Shown in pieces: positions 50,936 through 63,815 of a DNA stretch of 64,000 nt. This DNA is from Lytechinus pictus. Taxonomy: Eukaryota. Both the position numbers and the translations under genes were made by a program. The notes beneath the pieces were generated by a model. It saw nothing but the letters and a program-made list of their open reading frames with translations. It made no database searches and was not told the origin of the DNA. Where the stretch lies: the NCBI RefSeq assembly GCF_037042905.1, contig NC_087252.1:20710001-20774000 (forward strand). Reading direction: 5' to 3'. Every line of letters starts with the position of its first letter. Positions within the stretch are counted from its first letter, which is position 1.

Positions 50936-51889
50936 CAGTGCGTATCAAAAAAAAGGTTTACACTTTGAAAAAGCCCAGGGAATTAAAAAATATACAACAT
51001 GTGGGTAATTTATTTCACATATAAGCTTGGGTTTGGGTCTCATCTATCCAATGAAAGTAAAAGCTTTGACAGAATGTTACACTTGAATGAGCATGGCCCA
51101 CTTTGGTAAAGCTCGCAGAAATCTGTTTGCGCAGAAATGCTCGTTTTCACGCTGTGTCAAGGGGAAAGGGCGAAATCAAACTTACCCTGCAAAACATTTC
51201 TCATACATTTCCCTTACACTTTTAGTCAATTGAAATAAAACGGATACATTCAAGCATTTTGTAACAATTTTGCCACCCAAATTGAAATTTCAACACTTGG
51301 TAAGCACTAAGCACAACCTTTACCCTTTTTGTGCCAGCTGGATCTGAGGACATAACTGAATCTGAACAAAAGTTTATATCAGACATCTCCAGCATTTTTT
51401 TCACTAAGTTTTTTTCATTTACAGTGCGTTTACATTTCATTTTTCATTTAATACTTGTTTCTCCACACATTTCCCAAGCTCGAGAATGATTAACAAAATG
51501 AAAATGAAGCCTAAGCCATTTCATGTAAATCACAGCTCGGTATAAAGCAAATATCGTCACGGTGGCCTTGGTGTGTGGGGGAGTGGGGTGGGGCGCAATG
51601 CACTCTTCGAAGTGTTTTGGGCAAGGAAACAAGTTATAAAAGGTAAAAGATATCTTCAAATCAATTCACTAGCTAAATTCTACGTGTTCTTCATGAATAA
51701 GGTCTACTTTTATTCGCATAACTATTTCAAAGTTCTGCGCAAATCATTTTTCACTAACTTCAAAAGTAAGTGGTGCTAATTCAAGCGGATATATTTTGTG
51801 ACAGTTACATCGTCATTTGCTTCAGGATATTACAAATATATAATTTTACAGGATTTTTTCTAAGTGTAAACTTTTTTTTATACGCACTG
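50936..51889. mobile_element. Non-autonomous Tc1/mariner-type element
   Basis: TIR CAGTGCGTAT(C)AAAAAAAAG(G)TTTACACTT at both ends; TA TSD; no transposase ORF. Confidence 0.85.
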
Positions 51890-52198
51890 TAAAGTGTCAT
51901 TACGTAATGACAGTCTAGCAGCCTCGACATTCATCACTTTTTCCATCAAATTTCATGATATATTCTTTTTTAATTAAAAAAAAACGATGCTGGTGGGTAT
52001 ATGCCAGAAGATCATCTGTACGCTAGAGTTCCTTGGAGCTTAGATTCCCAAATTAAACTCATTTTTATTATTATTATTTCTGGGAGAATTTATGAAATAA
52101 CAATGCTTTTTATACATGTACATGTATATCACTCATTGTAAGACTTCTGCAGAAAATGTATAAACAAAATAAAATCACTGCTCATTAATTCTTTTAGC

Positions 52199-52268
52199 TC
52201 GGAAGTAATAAACGGGAAGTCGGCGCCTTTTAGAAATAAACGCTCAATAAATATTTTGTGGGCGTGGC
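52199..52268 (+). promoter_or_regulatory. Putative proximal promoter motifs (two ETS-like GGAAGT sites and a GC box GGGCGTGGC)
   Basis: CGGAAGT, CGGGAAGT and GGGCGTGGC about 380-440 bp upstream of ATG 52643. Confidence 0.35.
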
Positions 52269-52642
52269 CTAACTTTATTAGTCAAAGTAACGAATGGAAA
52301 GTACCTGTCAGCCAATAGCGCAATTATCACAGTCGTAAAATGATAACTGCGATGTTTCATATTTCTTTTGGCAAAAATATATTGCATTTTGTCATTCGAT
52401 CAGTTCATTCAGTCTCATCGGTGTATTCATCCATTGACTTTGGTGTTGGTCGAGGCTGCTAGACTGTCATTACGATTTTCATCGAAGCTCAGTTAAGTGA
52501 TAGGTTTATATGTCAAATTGATTGACTTTACTTGTGCACTACGGATCGAATTTGACGCAGCGTTTGGAACATTACGCCCGACAAAGCAATTACTAATTTC
52601 AATCATTTTCTGCTTGTGATTTTAAACGGCTAGATCATCATA

Positions 52643-52703
52643 ATGGCCTCTGTGATCCCATTCATCATCGAGTTCGTTGTGATTTTGGTCATAATGAGAA
52701 CAG
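52643..52703 (+). CDS. Ig/FN3 gene exon 1 (signal peptide MASVIPFIIEFVVILVIMRT)
   Basis: ATG in a good context (ataATGG), hydrophobic stretch, donor CAG|gtcagt, phase 1. Confidence 0.75.
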
Positions 52704-55700
52704 GTCAGTATATAATCTGTCACATTATTCTTAGAATAAGCTGTTCAAACCATAGAAGTTGTTCGTTACCAAAAGGAGTTAATTGTGTTCTTATGAGGAA
52801 ACAAATTAATAATTTGAAGTAAACGTGTCTTAATGTCGAGATATCACTGCAGGCAACGTGACAAATATTATCAGGAGAATTGTAGCTTCGTGTTTGTTGT
52901 ATTGCAAGTTTTATTTTAATTGCTATCGAGCAAAGTACAGAAAGTGTAAATGAATTTTAAGTCGTCTGTATTCATGGCATACGCCCATATGTTAAATAAA
53001 ATGACATCATAAAATACTTGTCAAAGTGTATTGCTTTCAATCATTTTGGCCATCTTTAAGGTGTGCACAGTATAATAGAGTATCTGTCGAAACATTATCA
53101 AATTGAGATCATCTTTTTAAAGTTTCTAATATTTTCTATTGATTATTATTTTTTTTTTAAATAAGCATAAGTTAAGTTCGGATTTCTTGATATTTTTTTT
53201 TTTCATGACTGTTTTTGTTATCATTATGACGCCGTTATTTTTGGTATTTGATTTTTGCGTTCCTTTTATTGTTGTTGTTGATGTTGCTGTATACGTTGCC
53301 TTTGTTGTTGCTTTGAAAGCATTATTTGGGAGCTTAGCCGTGTTAGGATTTATGTAAGGATTTGTAAAGTGTTGACGTATACATGGTAGAAAACCGAAAA
53401 TATCAACTAATGTTATGTTTAAGTGTAGCGCTGTAAAATCCGGTCGGGGTGTTAACTGACACCAGTTGAAATTCCTAAGGACCCTAAAGTGTTAAATATT
53501 TGGTGTTATATCATTCTGTTTGGGGTAATAGTAGGCCTACTCTATATAGAGGTAGGCTATAAAATGGTGATGTTTCAGTTTTCTTAGAGCACCAGCTTAA
53601 ATAAAGAGGTGTTCTCCTAAGCATTTTGCTATACCTCATTTATCAAACTCGGTCCAAAATTGATAAGGTGTCGCCCCATAAACAATTTTGGTCCCACGTG
53701 GGACCACTCCCCATTGGAAATGTGTATATTTTGCATTTTGTATACGCCCGTCCTAGACGGGACGTATTATGGTATCACGCTCGGTGTCCGTCCGTCTGTC
53801 CGTCCGTCCATTAACTTTTACATTTATTTTGCAGTAAATTAAAGCTTTTTTTTAAAGCGCCTCTCGCTGACTTTTTACTTTCGAGTCTTGCGCAAGTTTT
53901 AGACCAAATTTTCGACACTTTGGTGTTCAGTTTTGAAGTTATGCAACATTACGCCAGGCCAAGTGCAAATTCTCTACTGTATTCAAAATTATAAGTTTGT
54001 TTTTTATTTTATTTATTACTTTTAAGGACTAGAAAAAATTTGATTTTTCATGTTATTTATGACTGAAGTAGTATCGCTGACAATTTCTATTAAAAAGCAA
54101 TAAAGACCAAGAAGTCAAAAAACAAAGAAATACATGACGTATATATGTACATGTATGTCAAAGGAATGGCCGTCTGCTGATCAGTGTTCAAGGTCACATG
54201 ACCTGGTGGCCAAATAAATGACTTAGATTGATAAGAAATTTAAAAATTTTCCCTAAAGATCAGCTCTTTCATTGATTGTAATAGTTTCATTGGATTACAT
54301 ATGAAAACATGCATATCAACACAAAAATCACCAAATATGGATACTGAACATTCAAGTGATTACTAAAATACACTCAGACACGCCCATATTTGGCCTATTC
54401 AGGTCCACGCCCACCCAGATGACATATTTGGTCGGCACCTTCTCATTTTTTGGCCGATTTCAATAAAAATGGTATCAAAATGCTCATGAGATGACACTGC
54501 ATCTAATAAGCTGGTGCCCTAAGGAATTTGAAACATCACCCTTATTTATCCCCTGTGTAGCACACCTCTACTAAAAAAAATAGAATGTTAATTCAACAAT
54601 TGAAGGTTTGGAAGTGACAACCTTTTTCAAATGATATCTACCCTTACATAAAGCTGAATCCAACAACCTAAGCGTTTGGTCGAAGACGAACCATTTAAAG
54701 AAAAGGTAGTTACGGTGCTCCTCGAACCTTTCGATTGTTGATTTAATATTTTGTTTTATAGAGTGACATTTGGTTGCTACTTTTTCACTTGGTATTATAT
54801 TCAATATCTACATCAATGAAAACCATAGTTTTTGCTTCATAAAGGGCATATCAGTTTGAAGTTTATGTACCATCTTATATACATTTAGTTGATGCCAATG
54901 AGGATCCAAGCAACTGTGGTGTGGATGGAGAGAATGCAACGGATGTCTTCCAAGAGTACCCGAGAGGTATCATTTGCCCCTCCACCAAACAACCGTCGCG
55001 ATCTTCTTTTAGTGGTTACAAGATCTGGAACGCACTCGTTTGTGTAACTAAGACCTCCACTGGAAATCTGACAAACGTAACATTTTGCGTACATGGCAAG
55101 TAGCTTATCTTAATTCAAAATAATGTAATCATTTTTTTTTATCATCACCTGTTTGTTGTACTTCTATAAGAGTTCGTAATCCGAAACCATGTATATTTGA
55201 CATATTTAAAAAAAAAATAGAAGTTGATGTGTCGATCAACCCTTAATAGGTACAAATTACGTTAATTGGTTAAAGTAAAAAGAAAAAAGGATTTGAAAAT
55301 GAAATTTGAATAAGTCAAGAAATGTTAAAACTTTCCAAAAACTGAAATAAAAGAATAAGAACTTGGTCAATACAGTCTAATTAAAATTTGATTACAAATA
55401 ACATTATTTCATAATTGTCATTCATTGGAATTGAGATGCTTTAACTTTATTAGATTTCTAGTCACGGGCGGAAATCTCTCCTCAAAGGCGGGGGGACACA
55501 ATTGAGTTTACGATTTTTCTTTACATAGATATATACACACACACACACACACATTGAAACACATTGACATAATGCACTATATTCTTATCATGAACAAGAT
55601 AGGTATGTAACTAAATAATTTATGCAAGCGCGAAAGAGAAAAATCAAACTAGCAGAATGCTGAAAATCTCATCAAAATCGGATGTAAAATAAGAAAGTTA

Positions 55701-58700
55701 TGGCGTTTTAAAACTTCGCTCATTTTTCACAAAACAGTGATATGCACAACTCATAGTGACATGCAAATGAGACAGTCGATGATGTCTCTCACTCACTATT
55801 TATTTTGTTTTGTATTGTTTGAATTATACAATATTTAATTTTTTACAGATTTGACAATATATAAGGACCAACTTGAATGAACCATATATGAACCATAAAC
55901 AATACTAATTACACATGTTCGGGAGGAATTAATTGTTGTTTCCCTTGACAATGAGGAGAAAATTAGAATATTTCATATTTCGAGACTTGTCGAACCGATA
56001 CGCTTTTTTTCTACCCAAGTATATCGATATAATATATATTTAGAAATTCAATTGTACATCTGTTATTACGATTTTGAATGATGTATTTTTTTGTTATAAA
56101 AGACCACAAAATAGTGGGGGACATTTGATATTGTGTCCCCTCAACCCCCCCCCCCCCCTTCAAAAAATTGGGGTGGCGCGTCCCCCCTGGGATTTCAGCC
56201 CATGTTTGTAGTTGTAAAATTAAGAAAGTATCTTCGCCCTTGCTATACAGAAAAATAAAATGGCATTATATTAGTGAAAATGTAAAAAAAATGAATAGAA
56301 ATAAATAAATCAAAACCTGATTTGATGCTATTTTGCGTCATGTCGTGCTATACTTTTTGTCTCAAATACTTGTTGTGGTGTTCCACTGACATTTTTCTAC
56401 TTATATTACCATTGTATGTTATTGTTTGCATTATAGGTCCAGAAGGGTTACCAATGATCTCAACCCCTGATACTTTGACTGTTGGGCAAACTAGCATGCA
56501 GAACTGCACAATCTACAACGTCTACCCTGCACCTATCATTGAATGGTTCCTTGGACCTGGTGAAGTGAACATCACAATGAACGCGACTATTCACTCCAAC
56601 CAAGACGACGTATCAAGTCTCATCAACGCAACCAGTTGTCTTTTGTTCACGCCAACGACGAACAATCATGGAGAGAACCTGACATGTAGAGTGTCTCCTT
56701 CTGTGTCAAATGTTTGGAACTCCCGAAATGCATCTGTAACATTGAATATCGAAGGTAAGTGATCAATTTGACTATTGCTACAGTCACAGTAACCCTAAAT
56801 ATTCCACAAGCAAAAACCAAATCTTGTAAGATATCTTTTATGTTCGGCGGGGGTGGGGGGGGGGTTTCATGCTGGAACTCACCCCCTATTCAACTGCAAC
56901 AATGTACATAATACTACTAACAGTTTCAAAAGGGCTTTACTAATTTTAAGGAAATGATGGACAAAGAGGGGGGTTGTGGGGGAGTCTCTCGCCTTAGTTT
57001 GCATTTTTTTGTTCTGCATTGTTCCTTTGCATCATTTTGTATACCTTACATGCCTGTGTGCGTTATAACATGGTTATGGGGCGATGGCGGATCCAGGATG
57101 GGGCTAGCTCATCCGGCCCGTCGTACCCCCCCCCCCCCCTCCTCCTTCAGAGCCGTAATAAAAACTTTAATGTGCATATGCCGTTCTTGCTCAAGAGCCC
57201 CCCCCCCTTGAAAGTCACAGCATGTATTTTAATGGGAATATCTCGTCCATACACAAGTGAGGACCTCTTTTTTTCTTTCTGTTCTTTTTTTTTTGCTTGT
57301 CAAATTTAATGTGGACGAAATTACTTTTGTTTTGGCGTGAAAACCTTTTTTTTTTTTGCTTTTCAAATTTAATGTTGGCGAAATTACGTTTATTTTTGGC
57401 CGAAAGCTTTTTTCTCTTTTTTTTTACTTGTCAAATTTTCCTCGGGGAAAACCTGCCCCCCCCCCCTTGGAAAATCCTGGATCCGCTCCTGATAGGGGGT
57501 CTGACTTGAAGATGATGTTGATGAGGGTATGTAGGGGATGTATAGCCTATGTGGATGTGTATGGCTGAGTGTGTGAGTGTCCAGTGTCGTTATTATAGGG
57601 ATTATTTCAGTCAATTCAAATGATCCAATTTATAATTATGTATTTGAGCAATATCTAGTCCTAAAACTAAAAGGACGTTCTATTATCTATATTGTGCATT
57701 CATACCTAAGGTGTGTTGTACGATTTTAACTTTATATTTGATTATAATATGTAATTATTGGTATAAACTGTACCCATTTGTATTCATTACTCTGTTAGAA
57801 TTGTGATTATTAAGTTTTATGTCTTATTCACGAATTGAGATTGGGTGCCTTTTACTTTGTATATTTCATTTATGGCACGGCCCCAATGCAATGTAACTAT
57901 GTATCTGTTTGGGTTTTTACCATGTGAAAATAAAATTCATCTATCTTATCTATCTACAGTGGTGAAACTGGCTCCCGACCGGTAAATCTTATTATGTTAA
58001 TCTTAATGACATAGCCAAACATTGGCGATATTTCGATGGTGGGACTGCTTTGAGAAAAAAAATCGTTAATTCAATTTTTTAAATAATAATTTGAGTATAA
58101 TAAGGGACCAGCGAACTTAAAACCAAAAATAAATCGCCAAAATTAAGTTTGAGATTTTCAGTGAGCTTGAAAAATGTACATGATAGGCTTTGAATTGATA
58201 TAAAACTTGTAAAAGGTGATGAACAACAGCCCTCACAAATACTTGTTTGAATGCAGGAAAAGGTCAGCGACGGTTTCAAAATATAAAGAGAAAACAAACT
58301 TTGAAGTTTTGGGCTTAGTCTCTCAAGCATAAAATGTGGACATTGTACGATCTCAGTGAAACTTTTCCAAGCAATCCGCGAGAAATGCTGTCAAATAAAT
58401 CTTGTATCTTGTTTTTTATTTCAACTTTACATTCATATTTTAAAAATTAAAAAGTATGTTAGAAGAAGTATAACTCTTTCAGAAAAACCAATTACTGTTT
58501 TTGCCTTTTGGTTTTTTTTGTTGCAATTTTGTATATTTACAGAAAACTTTCCTAGCGACTTACTGTTCGTTTTTGGAGTGGCTGGTAACATAATAATAAT
58601 AACCATACTAATAATAATAATATTGATGACGATGACGATGATGATGATGATTATGATGATTATGATGTATTGATTTATAGAACGCAGAAACTAGTCCCTA

Positions 58701-60614
58701 AGGTATATATTGTAACTATATTGAGTTTATGATTTGCAGTTCTTTACTGATGGCGCTTTATTGACTTCCAGGGGTGAACTATTCCATAGCTTGGGGGCTA
58801 ACACAAGCAAATGCTCGATCACCGGGCGTCATTTTTTTTAAAGAATGGGATCTGTAAAAAGAGTGAATCTATTGAAATGCGCAAATTGCAACCATGATGA
58901 CTGGAGTATAACTTGACAATTCTGTGATGTAGAGCTTGCATGACCAGGAAGTGCTTTGAATTAGTAAAATTTTGAATGCTATATATTCTCTGCCGTATCG
59001 GTAACTAGTGTAGGTTCTTTAGTAGTGTGTATTTTGTGTAGCATACATTTCTTATTCTTGGATATCACATTGATCACTTTTAAATCCAGTTAATGTCATT
59101 GCGATCATTTTTTTTCTTGTATATTCTTCAGGTGACCTCAGCCCATCTGGCGAAATTAGGGTTGAAAACGTGACGTCGTCCAGTCTCACCCTTTCTTGGG
59201 ACGTTGACAACGTTACTCTTGAATACTGCAACTGCAGCCATGCGTCCTCTGATATCTTGAAGACAACGGATCCTTGGAACTGTCGGGTCTGCAATGAGCC
59301 GATTGACGTTAACGGGACTAGTTATGACCTAACAGGCTTGGAACCTTTCCAGTGGTATTATCTGACTCTGAATTTGACAGGTGGAGGAGTGGTGGCGTCT
59401 AAGCTAACTTCCACTGCCCGTAAGTAATTAATTAATTTAATAAACGGTTTACTAGTATTCAAATCAAATCCATTTGTAAAATGATAAGTGTACATATCTC
59501 CATGCTACGTAGTTTGACAATTAATCTGTGTATTGGATTACGAAAGTATTTTCATAAGGTGAAAATTCCACATAAATAATAATGAAACTCGGCACTGGCG
59601 CCCGGGGGGCCACTTCCATTGACGAGTGGATACCATGCGCGACCATGGGGTCTCGAAAAGCACCCTAAACACGTATTTTCCATATTCTGAAAATGCACCC
59701 CTTAACAAGTATTGGCGTCTGAAACCCTACCCTTAACAAGTATTGGAAACAAAACGATACTCTATTCCCTGAAATGAGCCCCTAGACAAGTACAGCGATA
59801 TTTCATTGTTATGTCACGGGTCCGTCGGTCGTCGGTTTTACCTTTACACACCATTTGGTTTAGTACGGCCCCAGTGCCTTCCACACGTCGCGCAAATTGG
59901 ACTCTAAACACGAAGTGTTGGGGCAAGAAGGATATCCTTTATAAAACATTTTAATTTTGTTTTATCATCCCCGCAAATTTGACCCTAAACACGTAGCTTT
60001 CCTAGCGAAATAGATACCCTTTTTAAATTATTTTTGTGTTTTTGACACCCTTAACACGTTACGTACGTAACGTGCCCTATCTTGAAAAAGACATCCTTTT
60101 TACGTGTTTTTTGGTCGCGCATGGTATCAACTCGTCAATGTAAGTGGCCCCCCGGGCACTGGCGTCGATACCCCAACGCCACGACATTCACCAGTATTGC
60201 ACGAAAAGTAAGATCCTATTTGCTGTATCCCCTCACTGAGCAGATTTCATTTCTCCAATCATTCCCCAGCTATTTATTTCCTTTTCGAGTCTCCTATCAC
60301 CATCTAGATATCACTCTCTCGCGCTCTCTCTCTCTCTCTCTCTCTCAATCACTCTCTCACGCACACGCACCCCTCACACACAAACACACACATTCCTTTC
60401 GTCCGTGTCTCTATCTGGATCCCTCTGCAGAACAGTTGTGCTGTAATGGCTCAGCTGAGTAGGGCGATCTATCCAATGTTATTTTATCATTTATTATATT
60501 ATGTTGTAATTTTATATGTTTGTTTTTATATTGGTAAATAAAATCAACTCAAATCAATCAAATCTCTCTACCTACACTTCTATCTATTTATCTATCTATT
60601 TAATTATCTCATAC

Positions 60615-60659
<45 letters not shown>

Positions 60660-62942
60660 ATGTATGATATATATATATATACAGGTATATATATCTCTTC
60701 TGTCTCTCTTGTTTTTCTCCCCCCCCCCCCTGCTGTATCAGTGAAATTGTGCCTTTCTTTGTAGCACGATGTTAAAACTGGTGGGTGTTTTTCACAGAAT
60801 TCAATTCATTTTATTGTCATTTACGTCATATCAAAGGTTTCTTTAAAAGGCAGATTCGGATAATGTACTATGAATTACTCAACAATATCCATTGATCTGT
60901 AAATGATCAGTCTATTTTTTCTTCCACACTTTTAGCACCCAAGCCGGAATATTATGGTAAGTTATTTCCTTGTTTTTTTTAGCCACTAACGATGTTATCA
61001 CTTCTTGCACTATCCTGACTTTATTAATGACTTGACCTCACTTTCCAGGTTTCCATATTTTAATTGCCTTGAATCCCCAAAACCCTTTTGATAACAAATT
61101 GTAGTTCAGGTCCTGGTCTTTAATACAGTTATTTGCGATTGACCCTATCGACCTCGATCAACTAGGCCTATATGGAAATCCATCAATGTCATAATTTTCC
61201 CTACAGGAAATTTGCACAATGTCCATTGTAAACAAAGAGAAACAAAGAAGGGCACACCAGATTGTCAAGACGATGATTGTATGATAATGCATCATATCTA
61301 GATATAAATTTGAAGAAACATGCATTTTACAATTTGGCGTAGTTGGCTGTCCATATGGTTGATCGGATCAATCGCAACTATTTCTAAGGCGGGTCCCGGT
61401 CAAGGGATTTCCTTGTGAACGAAACTTACAGATTACGGCAGTATTCATTAGCAATTATGATAAACATACACATACAAGATATAATACGTGCATTGTAAGT
61501 TGTGGTTTTCTCGAAAGCAGTTTTTGTCTTTCTGTATCTGTTTTGTATATATCACCCTTTGACATTGAAGAGCAATTAATATTTGCTTGAAAGAATTCTC
61601 GTTTATCGTGTGCGTTGAATGGGTGTGTAGACTGGTTTTCATGTCTTCTATAACCCTAGGGGAAATGAGAATAATGATGATGGGAGGGATGCTTCAATAA
61701 CTCCCACTTAACCCGCCCCTTTTTTCTCCCCCTGCCACCCCTCTCTCTCTTCCCCCTCCCTCTCTCCTCTATCTCTCTCTCTTTCTGCCTGTCTGTCTCC
61801 CTCCCCCTCTCTCTCTCTCTCTTGCTCTCTTTCTGTGACTGCCTCTTTTTCTCTCCTAAATGGTATCACGTACATGTATCAATACATAAGCCATTTAAGT
61901 TCTCTTTTGCTTCTCCTTTATCTATTTATTTATTTGTTTACTAATTTATTTACTTCCTTGTTTTTACAAGGAAGTAAATTTATGATTTATTACTTATTTT
62001 CATTTTATCATTTATTATTATTCATTCATTGAGGGTATGTAGTAGGCCATATCATCTTTATCATTTCGAATGTTTCATTTTTTAAATAAAACCTCTCTTC
62101 ACTTCGTCTCCAAACATTCATCGAGTTATTTGGGGGGCACAGAGCAGCGTCGTTTTTCTCCATTTCCTTTCAAAGGGGAGTGGCGAAGTGAGCAACGTGT
62201 GTGGTCTCTCATGGATTGTGTGTCATAGATTGCTGAAAATTTTGCCTATTTTTTAGTCATAATATGAACAAAAAATATATATTATAGAGATGTTAAAATG
62301 TTATATGCGGAAAGTAACTCTGTAAGATAATTACTTCCGTATAAATGTATTGAGAGTAATATATTAGAATGTTGTAATTTAATTTAAAATGTTTTAAGCG
62401 GAAAGTACTTGGTAACATAAGAATTTCGTATAAAATTATGTATTGAGTAATGAATTAGAATGTTATTATTTAAGTGGGACTGTATTACAAGACTACACTG
62501 CTAGGAATATTGCATTGTGGGTTAGGAACATGGCCAGATTTGAGTAGTTGAGGACTTGAGGTGGCGCTTTTAAGACTATGCTAGTTCGTTTCTGCTTTAA
62601 TGTATACAATATCATTTATCGTCTTTTTAAACAAATCAATTACATAAGATCCCATCGCATTGATTTGTTGAATCTTCCTTACAGGCGTCATCATGACATT
62701 TTCTCAAGAAAATTCGAAGTTGAAGATATCGCGTATGCTACCAGTCAACAATACCATTCCCGATGATCTCTGCTTCTCCGTAGTCAAGACACAGGACCAA
62801 AGGGACAACTGCTCTTTGAGCAATTGCCTGGAACTTGGGAACAAACTTCGGTACATAAATACGTCCATAGAAGATGTTTCAGACTTTAGGCTAGTTAGCA
62901 GTGGTCGAGGATTGTGCAGCAGTCCACCATCACGTCCATTTA
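52643..62942 (+). CDS. 5' part of a multi-exon gene for a secreted or cell-surface Ig + FN3 domain protein (possible receptor ectodomain); continues beyond the window
   Basis: Exons 52643-52703, 54889-55095, 56437-56754, 59132-59419, 60936-60956, 62685-62942. All introns are phase 1 and the frame is open throughout. Many N-x-S/T sequons. Confidence 0.8.
54889..55095 (+). CDS. Ig/FN3 gene exon 2 (Cys-containing segment), ending at a GC donor
   Basis: tttag acceptor; VDANEDPSNCGVDGENATDVFQEYPRGIICP...NLTNVTFCVH; donor G|gcaagt; 207 nt, phase 1-1. Confidence 0.7.
55463..56204 (+). mobile_element. hAT-type element with the same ends as 11927-13843 but a different interior
   Basis: CACGGGCGGAAATC...GATTTCAGCCCATG; TSD TTTCTAGT/TTTGTAGT; shares the ggacatttgatattgtgtcccc subterminal block. 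Confidence 0.75.
56437..56754 (+). CDS. Ig/FN3 gene exon 3 (C2-type Ig domain)
   Basis: GPEGLPMIS...NCTIYNVYPAPIIEWFL...SCLLFTPTTNNHGENLTCRV...VTLNIE shows the canonical C..P.P.I.W..L.F.P...G..L.C pattern; AG and gtaagt boundaries. Confidence 0.88.
59132..59419 (+). CDS. Ig/FN3 gene exon 4 (fibronectin type III domain)
   Basis: IRVENVTSSSLTLSW...TSYDLTGLEPFQWYYLTL matches FN3 hallmarks; ttcag and gtaagt boundaries; 288 nt. Confidence 0.88.
59601..60156. mobile_element. MITE with 45-bp TIRs (CCCGGGGGGCCACTT...) and an 8-bp TSD
   Basis: TIRs differ at 2 positions; TSD CACTGGCG at 59593-59600 and 60157-60164. Confidence 0.85.
60936..60956 (+). CDS. Ig/FN3 gene 21-nt microexon (PPKPEYYG)
   Basis: Long pyrimidine tract and tttag acceptor; perfect G|gtaagt donor; phase 1-1, frame-preserving. 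Confidence 0.7.
62685..62942 (+). CDS. Ig/FN3 gene exon 6
   Basis: tacag acceptor; GVIMTFSQENSKLKISRMLPVNNTIPDDLCF...GRGLCSSPPSRPF; donor gtaagt; 258 nt, phase 1-1. Confidence 0.78.
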
Positions 62943-63449
62943 GTAAGTATACTCGCTCAACGCAAGGGGCTTGCCCAAATCTTGCAATTTCTTATTGCCT
63001 CTACAGTTCCCTGTGACATAAACATAATATGTATGTACAGGTAAGGTAGCCTGAAGAATTCACAGAATGGAACATGTTCAGATGTGCAGCTTTTACTTTG
63101 TATATATCTATTCATGTCACGCCCACAATCCAAATCAGAATCTGGATCTGTTTGGGGTTTTTACCGTGTGAAAATAAAATTGATTTATCTATCTCTTTGT
63201 CTAACTAACTATCTAACTTTAGTCTGAAAATTATACTGATTTGTTTTGCATTTGGCTTATGAATTAATTGGTTCCCAAGAAAATCAAGAATATTGTAACA
63301 TAATGTGTATGCTATAATAAGATCACTAAAATTATGACAAAGAATATGAATGAAAGTACAGTGTTTATCGGTGATTGAGCAGTGAATTCGAGTATACATA
63401 TCTGTATTTTTTTCGATCTGCTTTATCATTTAGTCTTGTTGTCGTTGCC

Positions 63450-63815
63450 GTCAATGTCATCATCATCAACTTCAACAACAACACCACTCTCGCCATTATC
63501 GTCATCATCATCATCACCATCCTTGTATCATTAGAAACATCATCATCATTATTAACAACATTTATGTCATTTCAATGATATCTGCTGCAGTTGCAGAAGC
63601 TTAATCATCGTCATATCATTAACATCATTGTTTTTATCATGTCCTTTTTGTTAAACACCACCCTCGTCATCATAATCATTATCGTTATCACCATTGTGCA
63701 CCTACATCACCAATGTTTTCATCAACATCGTCATCACCAATGCCATCATCATCATCATCATCACCAATGCCATTAATGTCATTCACTCATGTGAATTCAT
63801 CGTTGTCATCGTCAT
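63450..63815 (+). repeat. Degenerate (CAT)n low-complexity tract
   Basis: Visible directly in the sequence. Confidence 0.8.

Larger units (their letters stand above)
50420..52474 (+). repeat. Direct duplication (about 500 bp) of the region upstream of the Ig/FN3 gene
   Basis: About 50420-50935 (plus 51890-51904) aligns with about 51938-52474, e.g. ccttttagaaataaac.ctcaataaatatttt and cattcgatcagttcattcagtc. Confidence 0.85.

Noticed and set aside
50936..51889. Transposase gene in the Tc1/mariner-type element
   Set aside because: Only short ORFs with no DDE/D motif; non-autonomous.
57960..57981. Candidate microexon (acag|TGGTGAAACTGGCTCCCGACCG|gtaaat) in the Ig/FN3 gene
   Set aside because: 22 nt would shift the frame between phase-1 exons, and its acceptor lies at the end of a repeat tail also seen near 63150-63195.
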